A stretch of DNA of 64,000 bases, from assembly GCA_002269645.1 (NCBI GenBank), contig NIVC01001272.1, forward strand, positions 260,065 through 324,064. Reading direction: 5' to 3'. The notes under the pieces are model-generated. The model was given only the letters and a program-made list of their open reading frames with translations, was not told the origin of the DNA and did not search any database. Source of the stretch: Macrostomum lignano. Lineage: Eukaryota. Positions 40,001 to 52,110 of this stretch are shown here, one piece after another. The stretch's first letter is position 1. Each line of letters begins with the position of its first letter. The position numbers and the translations under genes are program-made.

Positions 40001-43000
40001 GCGAGTAGGGGATGTGTGAATGCGAGTAGGGGATGTGTGAATGCGATTTAAGGGACCTGTGAATGCGAATAGGGGACCTGTGAATGCGAATAGGGGACCT
40101 GTGAATGCGAATAGGGGACCTGTGAATGCGAATAGGGGACCTGTGAATGCGAATAGGGGATGTGTGAATGCAAATAGAGTGTCTGTGAATGCGAAAAGGG
40201 AACTTTGAATACAAATATGGGATTCGAGAATGGGAATATGTAATCTGTGAATCGGAATAAGAGATCTGCGAATGGAAATGTGAAATCTGTGAATGGGAAT
40301 ATGTGATATGTGAATTGGATATTGGGATCTGTGAATGATTACGGGGGATCTATGAATGAGAAGACATCAGTAAATATATGAGCCTAGTCATATATGAGTT
40401 GTAAAAAACTTCAGTACAATGACATTAATTATTACATGTATATAGATATGTATTGCACTATTAGATCGTCACAGATAAAGCCTTCAACAGGGATCTGCAG
40501 CATTTCACACTCTTTCTCCCTTCAAATCAGTCAGTCGATTTTGTCCCCCCAAACAGTGGAGCAAACTTGAGCAATTCGCTCATGAAGATGCAGCATCCGT
40601 TAGCTAATATAATCCAGCCTCCCGTTGCTTCTTGCAGACTTTCTTTGCAGAGATACTCCTTGCACAGAACACCACAGACCCCCGGGCGGTCTTTCTTGAC
40701 TTCTTCTCTGCTTATCCCAAAACGGGATATCCTTGCCGCAAGGGAGATTCAGCGAACTTGCCAACGGACTCGCTGAGTATTCCTTTAGACTCGGTGAGTC
40801 CTGTCGGTCTCTGTCCGACTGACAGCAGCTTTTCAAAAGAGGAAGTCACACGGTCGGTTTGAGAAGTTAAACTGGCTGCGGGGCAAGGCAGTCTGATCCC
40901 TCTGGGATGGAGGGGAACGCCGCCTCAGTGAGAGGGAGTTTATTTAATTTTTCACAGCCTCTCGAGCTGCATCTCGGACTCAGAGCGGCTCCAGCAGTCA
41001 TCTGCATCAACATTTTGATCAAAGTTTTTTTTCGATGGAACTTTATTAACATTCATTCTTCGCCCGGTTGCAAATTGAAATTCAACTCTCGATGATGAAA
41101 TAAAATTTAAGTGACCTGTTCGATTCTAATTCAAATCGAAAGTTCGAGCATAGGAAACATGGGAAAATGACCTTGATTGTCACTTCTGGAGCTGGCGCCC
41201 CTTGGTGCTAAAGCCCCTTGGTGCTAAAGCCCCTTGGTGCTAAAGCCCCTTGGTGCTAAAGCCCCTTGGTGCTAAAGCCCCTTGGTGCTAAAGCCCCTTG
41301 GTGCTAAAGCCCCTTGGTGCTAAAGCCCCTTGGTGCTAAAGCCCCTTGGTGCTAAAGCCCCTTGGTGCTAAAGCCCCTTGGTGCTAAAGCCCCTTGGTGC
41401 TAAAGCCCCTTGGTGCTAAAGCCCCTTGGTGCTAAAGCCCCTTGGTGCTAAAGCCCCTTGGTGCTAAAGCCCCTTGGTGCTAAAGCCCCTTGGTGCTAAA
41501 GCCCTTGGTGCTAAAGCCCCTTGGTGCTAAAGCCCCTTGGTGCTAAAGCCCCTTGGTGCTAAAGCCCCTTGGTGCTAAAGCCCCTTGGTGCTAAAGCCCC
41601 TTGGTGCTAAAGCCCCTTGGTGCTAAAGCCCCTTGGTGCTAAAGCCCCTTGGTGCTAAAGCCCCTTGGTGCTTCAGAATAGACCAAACCAGACCGACAAA
41701 AAATATTGAAGGGACTCAGATCAACAGTGTATTATATAGATAGTGCTATTTTTTAGCAATTAACGATGCACTTCTGTTTATCAGTGAGAGTGCAGGCATT
41801 TTCTAAGAAAAAAAGCAAAAATTCAGTGGTTAGTGCTGCAGAAAAAAATTGGTAAGTTGTGTTGCATCTTGCAGATTACAGTTACAGTTGTTAAAATGAA
41901 TGCTCTGCTTAAGATATAATGAAAAAAAATTTTCACGTTTGCAGATCAGAAATGCTTTCGAGTGTACATGCAGGTTTAGAAAACTAACAAAAAATCTACA
42001 CTGGCTAAATCAATAAGTAACTCTTTGTAGTCTTTGTTACTGAAAAAAGAGTTGTTTTGGTGCTGTATGGTCTTTGTTATCGCAGTGGGAGTGAGTTGGG
42101 TGTTATGGCTAACATATGTTATCGAGAGAGACTGAGATGGGTGCTATAGCTAGTCTTTGTTAGCGCAATGGGAGTGAGGTGGGTGTTATAGCTAGTCTTT
42201 GTTATCGCAGTGGGAGTGAGGTGGGTGTTATAGCTAGTCTTTGTTATCGCAGTGGGAGTGAGGTGGGTGTTATAGCTAGTCTTTGTTATCGAAGACGGAG
42301 TGAGGTGGATGTTATAGCTTAGCTAGTCTTTGTTATCGAAGACGGAGTGAGGTGGATGTTATAGCTTAGCTAGTCTTTGTTATCGAAGACGGAGTGAGGT
42401 GGATGTTATAGCTTAGCTAGTCTTTGTTATCGAAGACGGAGTGAGGTGGATGTTATAGCTTAGCTAGTCTTTGTTATCGAAGACGGAGTGAGGTGGATAT
42501 TGTATTTTTTGTAAACGCAATGAGAATAATTTTGTTTCTGTACGATCCTAGTTAGGGTGTAAGGGTCCACCAATTCAGTAAGTCCTGCAGTCTTTGTCAT
42601 TTCTAGTACAAGAGTGTGGCTTCAATTAGATGCAGACTTGGGCAAACTGCCTTTCACAGTTTTGTGCGAATGCCGCTCAGCCTCCAGCATCATCTCCCGA
42701 TGTCGTTCGGTCTCTGCCAGAGTGGGATCAATCAGCCTGTCTAAATATCCCGGATCCTGGAAGTAATTCATTCTTGGCAACGGCTTTGTGGTTGAATTGG
42801 GCATCATCACGCCTTTGTAGGTTCGATTCTTCTGAGCCGGGCGGAAAATGGTGTTGCGGAACGACAGGCAGTTGCCGAAGGAGGTCGTGTAGGCGCCATC
42901 AATTTCGCGCTTGTCGATAATCCAGTCACTGCGAGGTCGCTCCGCCACCATGTCCATGAGAGTGGAGGGGACTGCGGGTTGGAAGGATGAGATTTTAGGG

Positions 43001-46000
43001 ATGAGATTTAAGAGTAAGATTGTTGCATTGAGACTGAAGGGTCAGAAAGCGGTGGAATTTTTCCTACCTCTGTCTCACAGGTTTTCTAAAGCAACCCCAT
43101 AGCAACCACAAAAAACATCACAGTGACCCGATAGCAAATGAGTAACAAAAGCCATTAGGACATAACAACAACAAAAACAACAATATAGCAACGCCATAGC
43201 AACCCCATAGCAAACTTTTAGCAGCAACATAGCAACCCCATAGCAACCCCACACGAGTTTAGCAGCCCATAGCAACTCCATAGCAACAACTTTACATAGC
43301 AACTAAGCAAACTCATAGCAACAACTTTACATAGCAACGCCATAGCAACCCCATAGCAAAAACTTTACATAGCAACCCCATAGCAACCCCATAGCAACAA
43401 CTTTACATAGCAACTAAGCAACCTCATAGCAACAACTTTACATAGCAACCCCATAGCAACCCCATAGCAACCCCATAGCAACCCCATAGCAACCCCATAG
43501 CAACCCCATAGCAACCCCATAGCAACCCATAGCAACCCATAGCAACCCCATAGCAACCCCATAGCAACCCCATAGCAACCCATAGCAACCCCATAGCAAC
43601 CCCATAGCAACCCCATAGCAACCCCATAGCAACCCCATAGCAACCCCATAGCAACCCCATAGCAACCCCATAGCAACCCCATAGCAACCCCGTAGACTCA
43701 CACGGCAGAACATCGGTTTTCTCGCCTCCGCACGGCGCATTGAGATCCATCTCGGCAATTTTGTTCCTACCCAAACCGAACCGCTGACTCAAATAGTACA
43801 GATAAGTGTTATCAGGTGTCCACTCGTTGTACTGCACTTTGGTGTGCACCAGTTTATAATCATACTTCTTCCTGAGCTTATAGGCAGGAAAATAGTTCTC
43901 CAACTGCTTGTTGCACCTGTCAATATCGGCTTGAGTCCCGCCGCGAATCTCCAGGATGCAAAATCGCATCGACTGTGAGCTGATCTTTCGAGTGAGCATC
44001 TTGTTGCACACGGAGAAGATGCACCGAGTTCGAGTGCAGGCCGCCTTGATGCGGGTGTCACTGACCATCTGCAGGGTCTGATCGCAGATCGGCATGATGT
44101 ACTGCTCGCGAAATTTCATCTCCCGATAAGTCATGATGGCGGTGTATTGTTTGTGCCGGCGTTTCTTGGAAATAATGCGATCAGATTGACAGTTTTAATA
44201 TCTGTCTGTTATCATCGAAATCTTTGAGAATTTTAAAGCTGGATGTTCCAATTGCTTTGAGACATCGTAGGTTTGGCCATAGACTATGTCATTTATTGAG
44301 CAGCTTCTGAATAAGTGCTCTAGCAGGTTTTTGCAGATTAAAATTTGTGCAATATAAAAGTTGCTCAGGCGTCAGCGGAATGGGCTGTCCCAATCCCAAC
44401 TAACTAAACAAACTAAATTTAGACTTTTACAACCGTAGTTTAATTAGTTATACTTCTCTCCTATTGCAGACTTACAGTAACTGCCATGTGCCCAATGGAC
44501 TTGACCTACTTCCCAATGGATGCGCAGATCTGTTCCGTGGAAATTGAAAGTTGTGAGTGAAAGAAAGTTTTTTCTACTCATTGAAGTGATGAATGATAAA
44601 CCAAAATCCATAAGTTAAAAATTTATCGATCAAGAATTGTGAATTGTAAATGTGCAAACCCAAGAAACTGTGAGTCTGCAAATTTGTGAATCTGTGAATC
44701 TGTGAATCTGTGAGTCTGTGAGTCTGTGAATCTGTGAATCTGTGAATCTGTGAATCTGTGAATCTGTGAATCTGTGAATCTGTGAATCTGTGAGTCTGAA
44801 TATGTAAATCTGTGAATCTGTGAATCTGTAAATCTGTGAATCTGTGAGTCTGGGAATACAGTATGTAAATCTGTGAATCTGTGAGTCTGGGAATACAGTA
44901 TGTAAATCTGTGACTCTGTGAGTCTGTGAATATGTAAATCTGTGAATTTGTGAATATGTAAATCTGTGAATCTGTGAATCTGTGAATCTGTAAATCTGTG
45001 AATCTGTGAGTCTGTGAATCTGTGAATCTGTGAGTCTGTGAATCTGTGAATCTGTGAATCTGTTAATCTGTAAGTCTGTGAAATATGTCAATCTGTGAAC
45101 CTGTGAATCAGTAAAGCTGTGACATCTGTACATACTCCCTCACGCCCTCCCCACTCCCAGTCGGCTACACAACAAAGGACATTCGCTATCACTGGGATGT
45201 GGTGAAGCCTCTAGAGGTGTCCGAGGATGTCCGCCTGCCGCAGTATGTTGTCCGAGGCAAACGGAAGAAAATCAAAGAGGTGGCCCTGTCAACTGGTGAG
45301 ACTCTTGTCTGAGACCTGCTCACGATTATGAGTCCTCATAACTGTGTAACCGCATTTGACTTGTTCAAGGGAAGCAGAAGGTCGAGAGGATGATTCAAAG
45401 CCAAAGGTTGAGGGATAATTAGCAGTTGATAATTGAGTGAATGAAATAGTTAAAAACAGGGTAGATATTGGGTAAAGAGAGTGGGAGAGGAAGTTAAAAA
45501 GTTTGATACATGGGGCAGAGACTAGAAGGAAGGGAGCAAGTAAGAGTATATAGAAGAAAGTCGAGAAGGTAGATAAAAGAGAGTAAAGAGGGTAGATAGA
45601 AGAGAGTAGAGAAGTAGATAGAAGAGAGTAGAGAGGGTAGATAGAATAGAGTAGAGAAGTAGATAGAAGAGAGTAGAGAAGGTAGATAGAAGAGAGTAGA
45701 GAGGGTAGATAGAATAGAGTGGAGAGGGTAGATAGAATAGAGTAGAGAAGTAGATAGAAGAGAGTAGAGAGGGTAGATAGAATAGAGTAGAGAAGTAGAT
45801 AGAAGAGAGTAGAGAAGGTAGATAGAAGAGAGTAGAGAGGGTAGATAGAATAGAGTGGAGAGGTAGATAGAAGAGAGTAGAGATGGTAGATAGAAGAGAG
45901 TAGAGAGGGTAGATAGAATAGAGTAGAGAAGTAGATAGAAGAGAGTAGAGAAGGTAGATAGAAGAGAGTAGAGAGGGTAGATAGAATAGAGTGGAGAGGT

Positions 46001-47989
46001 AGATAGAAGAGAGTAGAGATGGTAGATAGAAGAGAGTAGAGAGGGTAGATAGAATAGAGTAGAGAAGTAGATAGAAGAGAGTAGAGAAGGTAGATAGAAG
46101 AGAGTAGAGAGGGTAGATAGAAGAGAGTAGAGATGGTAGATAAAAGAGTGTAAAGAGAGTAGATAGAAAGGGTAGATAGGGTAGATAGAAGAGAGTAGAG
46201 AAGGTAGATAAAAGGGAGTAGAGAGAGTGGATAAAAGGGAGTAGAGAAGTAGATAGAAGAGAGTAGAGAAGTAGATAGAAGAGAGTAGAGAGGGTAGATA
46301 GAAGAGAGTAGAGACGGTAGATAGAAGTAAGTAGAGAGTGTAGATAGAAGAGAGAAGAGAGGTCGATACGAGTAGAAGAGAGAAGAGAAGGTAGATAAAC
46401 GAGAGGTAGAGAGTGTAAATGGAAGAGAGTAGAGAGGGTAGATAAAAGGGGGTAGATAGAGGGGCAGACATTGGTGGATAATGTTTGGAAAGCCAGTATT
46501 TAGAAGCCGTTAAATTAAAAATACTTCGGTGGTATCAGAAAACCAGTACAAAACCAACCGGCTCTCTCCCCAAACCTACCCAGGCAACTACTCTCGCTTA
46601 GCGGCAGAGTTCTACTTCGCCAGGAGCATGGGCTACTATCTAATCCAGATCTACATACCCAGCACTCTGATTGTGGTCCTCAGCTGGGTCAGCTTCTGGT
46701 TGTCAAGGACTGCCGTGCCCGCCAGGGTGGCTCTGGGTGAGCTGATCAGCTGCTGGTGGCCAAGGGTTGTTGCTCAAGCTGTCTTAAGTTGAATTTAGAA
46801 AATTTTCCCAGAATACTTTAGTAGGTAGAGAATTAGGGATTTGGTGTACTTTTAACATTTTTATTTCGACTTTTTATACAAGAGGTTAGCGAGCTGTTCC
46901 AAGTCAATGCTGTACATCTCTCCTTCTCACCCTCTGTCCCTCTCTCTTCCTCTCTCCCCCTACCCTACTTCCTCTCTCTTCCTCTCTCCCTCTACCCCAC
47001 TTCCTCTACCTTCCTCTCTCCCTCTACCCTACTTCCTCTACCTTCCTCTCTCCCTCTACCCTACTTCCTCTACCTTCCTCTCTCCCTCTACCCCACTTCC
47101 TCTCTCTTCCTCTCTCCCCCTACTCTACTTCTTCTATCTTCCTCTCTCCCCTACCCTACTTCTTCTATCTTCCTCTCTCCCCCTACCCTACTTCTTCTAT
47201 CTTCTTCTATCCCTCTACCCTACTTTCTCTATCTTCCTCTCTCCCTCTACCCTACTTTCTCTCTCTTCCTCTCTCCCTCTCTCACTCGCTTTTCAATCAA
47301 TACTTCTAATTTCAACCCTCCCGTCCATTTCCCCATCCTGAATTTAATCCCGCTCCGACAATTTTCGCTAGCATTCCTCTATCGCGCAGCAACACCTCCC
47401 ACCCTGCGAATCCCCAGGCATCACCACAGTGCTCACCATGACAACGCTGATTTCATCAACAAACGCAGCCCTGCCTAAGATAAGCTACCTGAAATCAATT
47501 GACGTATTTCTGGTCACCTGCTTCTTCATGGTGTTCGCATCCCTTCTTGAGTACGCCGCGGTCAGTTACATCGCTAAACGAACAGCTGATTTAGATAAAT
47601 CTTCTAGAAGGCAGCAACAGCAAGAGCAACAGCCGATTGAACAACAGGAACAACAGCAGCAGCAACAGCAACAGCAAACTCCAGTGTTGAACAGCGTCAA
47701 TCTGCATCAGTTCGACATGATTGACGATGACTCTGGCAGTCAGGGCAACCCTCTCGCCGAGTCCAATGCCTCTGCTAGCTTTCCTCTGATTGGTCAGCCA
47801 GGGGTCTGCTTTCAGACCCAGCAGCAGCAGCAGCAGCAGCCGCCACCTGCGGCATCCAACAGCATCAGAGGTGGAGCCGCCACTTTGAAGCGAAGGTGTC
47901 CGCCCTCCCAGCAGCAGAGTTTGAACTGCGAGTCTGGCAGAACTCAACCAGATGCTCTGCATGAGGAGACGCCGTTTCTGGCGCAGACT
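34058..47989 (+). CDS. Rdl: RDL-like GABA-gated chloride channel subunit (Cys-loop); exons 34058-34218, 34956-35077, 35411-35481, 38200-38444, 44470-44552, 45161-45295, 46584-46736, 47418-~47989; M4 exon not found
   Basis: Signal peptide, [42 protein letters not shown], Cys-loop [28 protein letters not shown]1 [14 protein letters not shown]2 [17 protein letters not shown], and [15 protein letters not shown]...FASLLEYA. All junctions are GT-AG and in phase. Confidence 0.92.
34230..34660. repeat. 12-bp repeat CATGAGTGAGTT, RDL intron 1
   Basis: Tandem units read directly. Confidence 0.93.
35105..35360. repeat. 23-bp repeat GTGTTGAGTAGGGAGAGGCCCGA, RDL intron 2
   Basis: About 11 tandem units. 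Confidence 0.93.
35565..35930. repeat. 15-bp repeat GACA(G/A)TGAGACACAT, RDL intron 3
   Basis: About 24 tandem units. Confidence 0.93.
36560..37015. repeat. 40-bp repeat TCTGATTGGCTGGAAGCGGAGTGGGATGGATGGTTTTGTC, RDL intron 3
   Basis: About 11 near-identical units. Confidence 0.95.
37495..38160. repeat. 46-bp repeat GGGAGTGAGGTGGGTGTCATGGCCGTCCCTGATT(T/G)GCTGC(A/G)AGCAA, RDL intron 3
   Basis: About 14 units; period confirmed 37801 to 37847. Confidence 0.95.
38680..39365. repeat. (GAGAGT)n / (GACAGTGAGAGT)n microsatellite, RDL intron 4
   Basis: Read directly. Confidence 0.95.
39790..40340. repeat. 21-bp repeat GAATGCGAATAGGGGACCTGT, RDL intron 4
   Basis: Tandem units degenerating toward the 3' end. 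Confidence 0.9.
41197..41671. repeat. Homogeneous 16-bp repeat GCCCCTTGGTGCTAAA (~29 copies), RDL intron 4
   Basis: Nearly invariant units. Confidence 0.97.
42065..42500. repeat. 42/47-bp repeat GTCTTTGTTATCG...GGAGTGAGGTGG(G/A)TGTTATAGCT(TAGCT)A
   Basis: About 10 units; shares GGAGTGAGGTGGGTGTYAT with the 46-bp array at 37.5 kb. Confidence 0.9.
42622..44134 (-). CDS. Uncharacterised ~260-aa protein, 2 exons (44134-43702, 42971-42622), nested antisense in RDL intron 4
   Basis: Two complex ORF segments are joined in phase 1 by GTGAGT...CCGCAG (junction DVLP|FPSTLMDMV). The intron contains an 11-bp repeat. No family recognised. Confidence 0.7.
43140..43692. repeat. 11-bp repeat CCCCATAGCAA in the intron of the nested gene
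   Basis: Read directly. Confidence 0.95.
44680..45115. repeat. 8-bp repeat TGTGAATC, RDL intron 5
   Basis: Read directly. Confidence 0.93.
45530..46460. repeat. Purine-rich ~20-23-bp repeat (GTAGATAGAAGAGAGTAGAGA...), RDL intron 6
   Basis: Read directly. Confidence 0.9.
46920..47285. repeat. Pyrimidine-rich ~30-bp repeat (CTCTCTCCCTCTACCCTACTTCCTCTACCTT), RDL intron 7
   Basis: Read directly. Confidence 0.85.
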
Positions 47990-48960
47990 GTGAGAACCAT
48001 GGGGCTGAGCCTTGCTGAAGCAGTGAATGGATAGATTAGCAATCCATTCTATTCCTGCATTCATATTGGAGAGATAGATTAGCAATCCATTCTATTCCTG
48101 CATTCATATTGGAGAGATAGATTAGCAATCCATTCTACTCCTGCATTCATATTGGAGAGATAGATTAGCAATCCATTCTATTCCTGCATTCATATTGGAG
48201 AGATAGATTAGCAATCCATTCTATTCCTGCATTCATATTGAAGAGATAGATTAGCAATCCATTCTATTCCTGCATTCATATTGGAGAGATAGATTAGCAA
48301 TCCATTCTATTCCTGCATTCATATTGAAGAGATAGATTAGCAATCCATTCTATTCCTGCACTCTTATTGAAGAGATAGATTAGCAATCCATTCTATTCCT
48401 GCACTCTTATTGAAGAGATAGATTAGCAATCCATTCTATTCCTGCATTAATATATTGAAGAGATAGATTAGCAATCCATTCTATTCCTGCATTCATATTG
48501 GAGATATAGATTAGCAATCCATTCTATTCCTATATTCATATTGAAGAGATAGATTAGCAATCCATTCTATTCCTGCACTCATATTGAAGAGATAGATTAG
48601 CAATCCATTCTATTCCTGCACTCATATTGAAGAGATAGATTAGCAATCCATTCTATTCCTGCACTCATATTGAAGAGATAGATTAGCAATCCATTCTATT
48701 CCTGCACTCATATTGAAGAGATAGATTAGCAATCCATTCTATTCCTGCATTCATATTGGAGATATAGATTAGCAATCCATTCTATTCCTATATTCATATT
48801 GAAGAGATAGATTAGCAATCCATTCTATTCCTGCATTCATATTGAAGAGATAGATTAGCAATCCATTCTATTCCTGCATTAATATATTGAAGAGATAGAT
48901 TAGCAATCCATTCTATTCCTGCATTCATATTGGAGATATAGATTAGCAATCCATTCTATT

Positions 48961-50857
48961 CCCGCCGGGCTGAATTTAGCCGTCTTTTATCCGATGCGTT
49001 GTCCGGAGTTTAATCCGGCAGGAATAGCAAATTTACATGCAAAAAAACGGACGAAAACCGGATGAAAGTGTTGAAAATATGACGTTTATCCGGTTTGGTA
49101 TCCGGCTGTGTGTCCGGTTATTGCCCGATAAGTAATCCGGAGGAAGCCGGATGGGAGAGCGGAGCCAATTCCGGATGAAAACCGGATGAAATGTATGGAT
49201 GTTACAGCCGGATAAGAAACCGGAGCCATTTCCGGATCAAATGTATGGATACCTGTATACTGTCGTCGGATAATAATGGACATTCTAGATGCTTATTACT
49301 CAGCCTTAATTTGTGCTCTTTACAGCGGCTTCCAAAGGTTTGGCACAAAAATTGCACTATGTGGCGGCTATTATAGCTACGGCTCCTGCTCCTATCTATA
49401 GCTGCTGCTCCTGCTATGATTCTGCTCGTATCTGTATGAACAAGCGAGGAGCTCTAGAGAAGCTTACTAGTAGAAAGCTTTCGGCAGGGGCGCGTCCAGA
49501 GGTTTCAGGATGGGGGGCCGATCAGGAGAGGGGAGAGAAGAGAGAGGAAGGATGAAAGAAGAGAGAAGAGATGAGATAGGAGAGATGAAAGAGGGGAAAG
49601 GAGAGATGAGAGAGCAGAGACAAGAAATGTGACAGTAGAGCTAGAACAGAGGAGAGAGGAGAGGGAAGAGAAATATGTGAGAGCAGACATGAGAGACAGT
49701 GGGAGACAAGTGGAGTGGATGGGAGGAGAAAGGAGAAAAAAGGGGGGGGGAGAATCGAGAGGACAAGAAGAGAGGGGAAGGGAGAGAAGAGGGAGGAGAG
49801 GAAAGAGAAGAATGGAGAAGGGAGAGAGTAGAAAGAAGAGGAGATGGGAGAGCAGGAGAGGTGAGGGATGAGAGGGAGGAGAGAGTAGAGACGAAAGAGA
49901 AGAGGTGAGGGAAGATGGACGAGAGAAGAGGGGAGATATAAGCGAAAATAATTCCGGGGATCAGAATTCCACATGTTCAAAATCCGCGGGTTTCAACAGC
50001 TAAGGTAAAAAAACTGAAAGTGGGGGGCCAATGGGGGGCCCATGGCTTTACAGGGGGGGCCTGGGCCCCCTAGCCCCCCCCCCTTGGACGGGCCACTGGC
50101 TTTCGGTAATTAAAACAGAGGATTATAAAGGCTTTAATCGAAACAGTAAGGCGATCTATATAACTTTTATCCCAACACATACATGGGCGAATGCCGCTGA
50201 AAAAAATTGTAGGGCCAGCGCCAGTTTAATTAGATGCAAATATTTCCAACGGGTATTGTAAACAGTACAATAAATAGACATGGCATGATCAATAAAATTT
50301 CCTGTCAACATTGATGCCCGGTGGCATCTGGTTAATAGATTCGGGTACAGAAGTAAACAACGGGCACATGTCCAATCGGCAGTCTTTTCCGTGGTATTTG
50401 AGCCGCAGTCCGCGTTTTGCTTCTCCCGGTCCATTTTTGAGCCTTGTGCGCTGAAAATTGACATTGACTTCAAGTGAACTCCCTCATCCGGATTTTGTCC
50501 GTTTCACTATCCGGAAGTTTATCACTGTAAGCCGGATTCACAGCCGGATAAAAAACCGGAACAACTCCGGGTAGAAAGTTATGATTCATCCGACTTTCAT
50601 CCGCTTCTTATTCCGGTTGGCAGTCCGGTTTTCATCCGCTGATCGACCGGAGCAGGAATCGGACACAATCCGGATAAAATGTGATCAATAAAAACACTTT
50701 AATCCGGTTTTGCTCCGGAGTTTCCTCCGTTTGTTAGTCCGGTAAGAACTGCCGGATCAAAACCGGATAAAAATTCATTTTCGTCCGGAAAAGTCTAAAA
50801 TTACGGATTAAACCGGATGAAGGCCGGGTAAATACCGGGTACCGACAGCCAGGCGGG
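48961..50857. mobile_element. Non-autonomous DNA transposon, CMC/EnSpm-like (CCC...GGG ends, 2-bp TT TSD, CCGGA-rich subterminal regions)
   Basis: Left end CCCGCCGGGCTG versus reverse complement of the right end CCCGCCTGGCTG (11/12 match). TT at 48959-48960 and 50858-50859. Dense (T)CCGG(A) motifs within ~300-370 bp of each end. The superfamily is inferred from termini and TSD length. Confidence 0.75.
49485..50098. mobile_element. hAT-type MITE (614 bp) nested in the CMC-like element
   Basis: TIRs CAGGGGCGCGTCCA and (reverse complement) CAGTGGCCCGTCCA (12/14 match). Perfect 8-bp TSD GCTTTCGG at 49477-49484 and 50099-50106. Internal GA-rich tract. Confidence 0.88.
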
Positions 50858-52110
50858 TTCCTATATTCATATTGAAGAGATAGATTAGCAATCCATTCTA
50901 TTCCTGCACTCATATTGAAGAGATAGATTAGCAATCCATTCTATTCCTGCACTCATATTGAAGAGATAGATTAGCAATCTATTCTATTCCTGCACTCATA
51001 TTGAAGAGATAGATTAGCATTCCATTCTATTCCTGCATTCATATTGGAGATATAGATTAGCAATCCATTCTATTCCTATATTCATATTGAAGAGATAGAT
51101 TAGCAATCCATTCTATTCCTGCACTCTTATTGAAGAGATAGATTAGCAATCCATTCTATTCCTGCACTCATATTGAAGAGATAGATTAGCAATCCATTCT
51201 ATTCCTGCATTAATATATTGAAGAGATAGATTAGCAATCCATTCTATTCCTGCATTCATATTGGAGATATAGATTAGCAATCCATTCTATTCCTATATTC
51301 ATATTGAAGAGATAGATTAGCAATCCATTCTATTCCTGCACTCTTATTGAAGAGATAGATTAGCAATCCATTCTATTCCTGCACTCATATTGAAGAGATA
51401 GATTAGCAATCCATTCTATTCCTGCATTCATATTGAAGAGATAGATTAGCAATCCATTCTATTTCTGCATTCATATTGGAGAGATAGATTAGCAATCCAT
51501 TCTATTCCTGCATTCATATTGAAGAGATAGATTAGCAATCCATTCTAATTCTGCATTCATATTGGAGAGATAGATTAGCAATCCATTCTATTTCTGCATT
51601 CACATTAAAGAGATAGATTAGCACGTCATTTCTCACTGCTCAAAAATCAATCAACATAATCAATAATCAGTAACAACACAGGATTTTTTGAAGCAAAACT
51701 CGATTTAAAAAATGCCAGAGAGAAAATATTTTATATTTGTTAAGAATTTACGTAGAGCAACTCAAAAAACATTGAGAATCTGCAGCCGAAACGAATCAAA
51801 CAAACCTGTAATCATTTCTACTCGATATTTTTGAGCAAGGTAAAAACATAACAAGCAACAACAGGCGGGCAGTTAAAAATATAATTCGGAGCAACTAAAA
51901 ACCCGAAATCAAACTTCAAGCGCAAGAGAAAGACGGCGTTTTCAAAAGATAAACAGGCAATAAAAAGTTAGAAAATATTTCAATCATTCAAAAATCTATT
52001 GGAGCATAAAAATGCATTATCAAAGGTGGTTAAAAACTAACAAATTAATCAACAACAACAACAACAGGCCCAAGAAATATTGCTCAGACTAGCACACAGT
52101 TATTTTCAAA

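Larger units (their letters stand above)
48030..51622. repeat. 43-bp array GAGATAGATTAGCAATCCATTCTATTCCTGCATTCATATTG(G/A)A, split by a MITE (48030-48960 and 50858-51622)
   Basis: Period of 43 confirmed 48071 to 48114; the array resumes in register after the insert. Confidence 0.96.

Noticed and set aside
40500-41100. Short ORFs in a unique island of RDL intron 4
   Set aside because: No recognisable motifs or consistent splice phase on either strand.
34066-46471. Repeat-derived ORFs ([44 protein letters not shown])
   Set aside because: All coincide with intronic tandem repeats.
50156-50473. ORF with WTCARC (RanBP2-finger-like) inside the outer MITE
   Set aside because: Cys spacing is incomplete, the ORF is short, and there are no transposase motifs.
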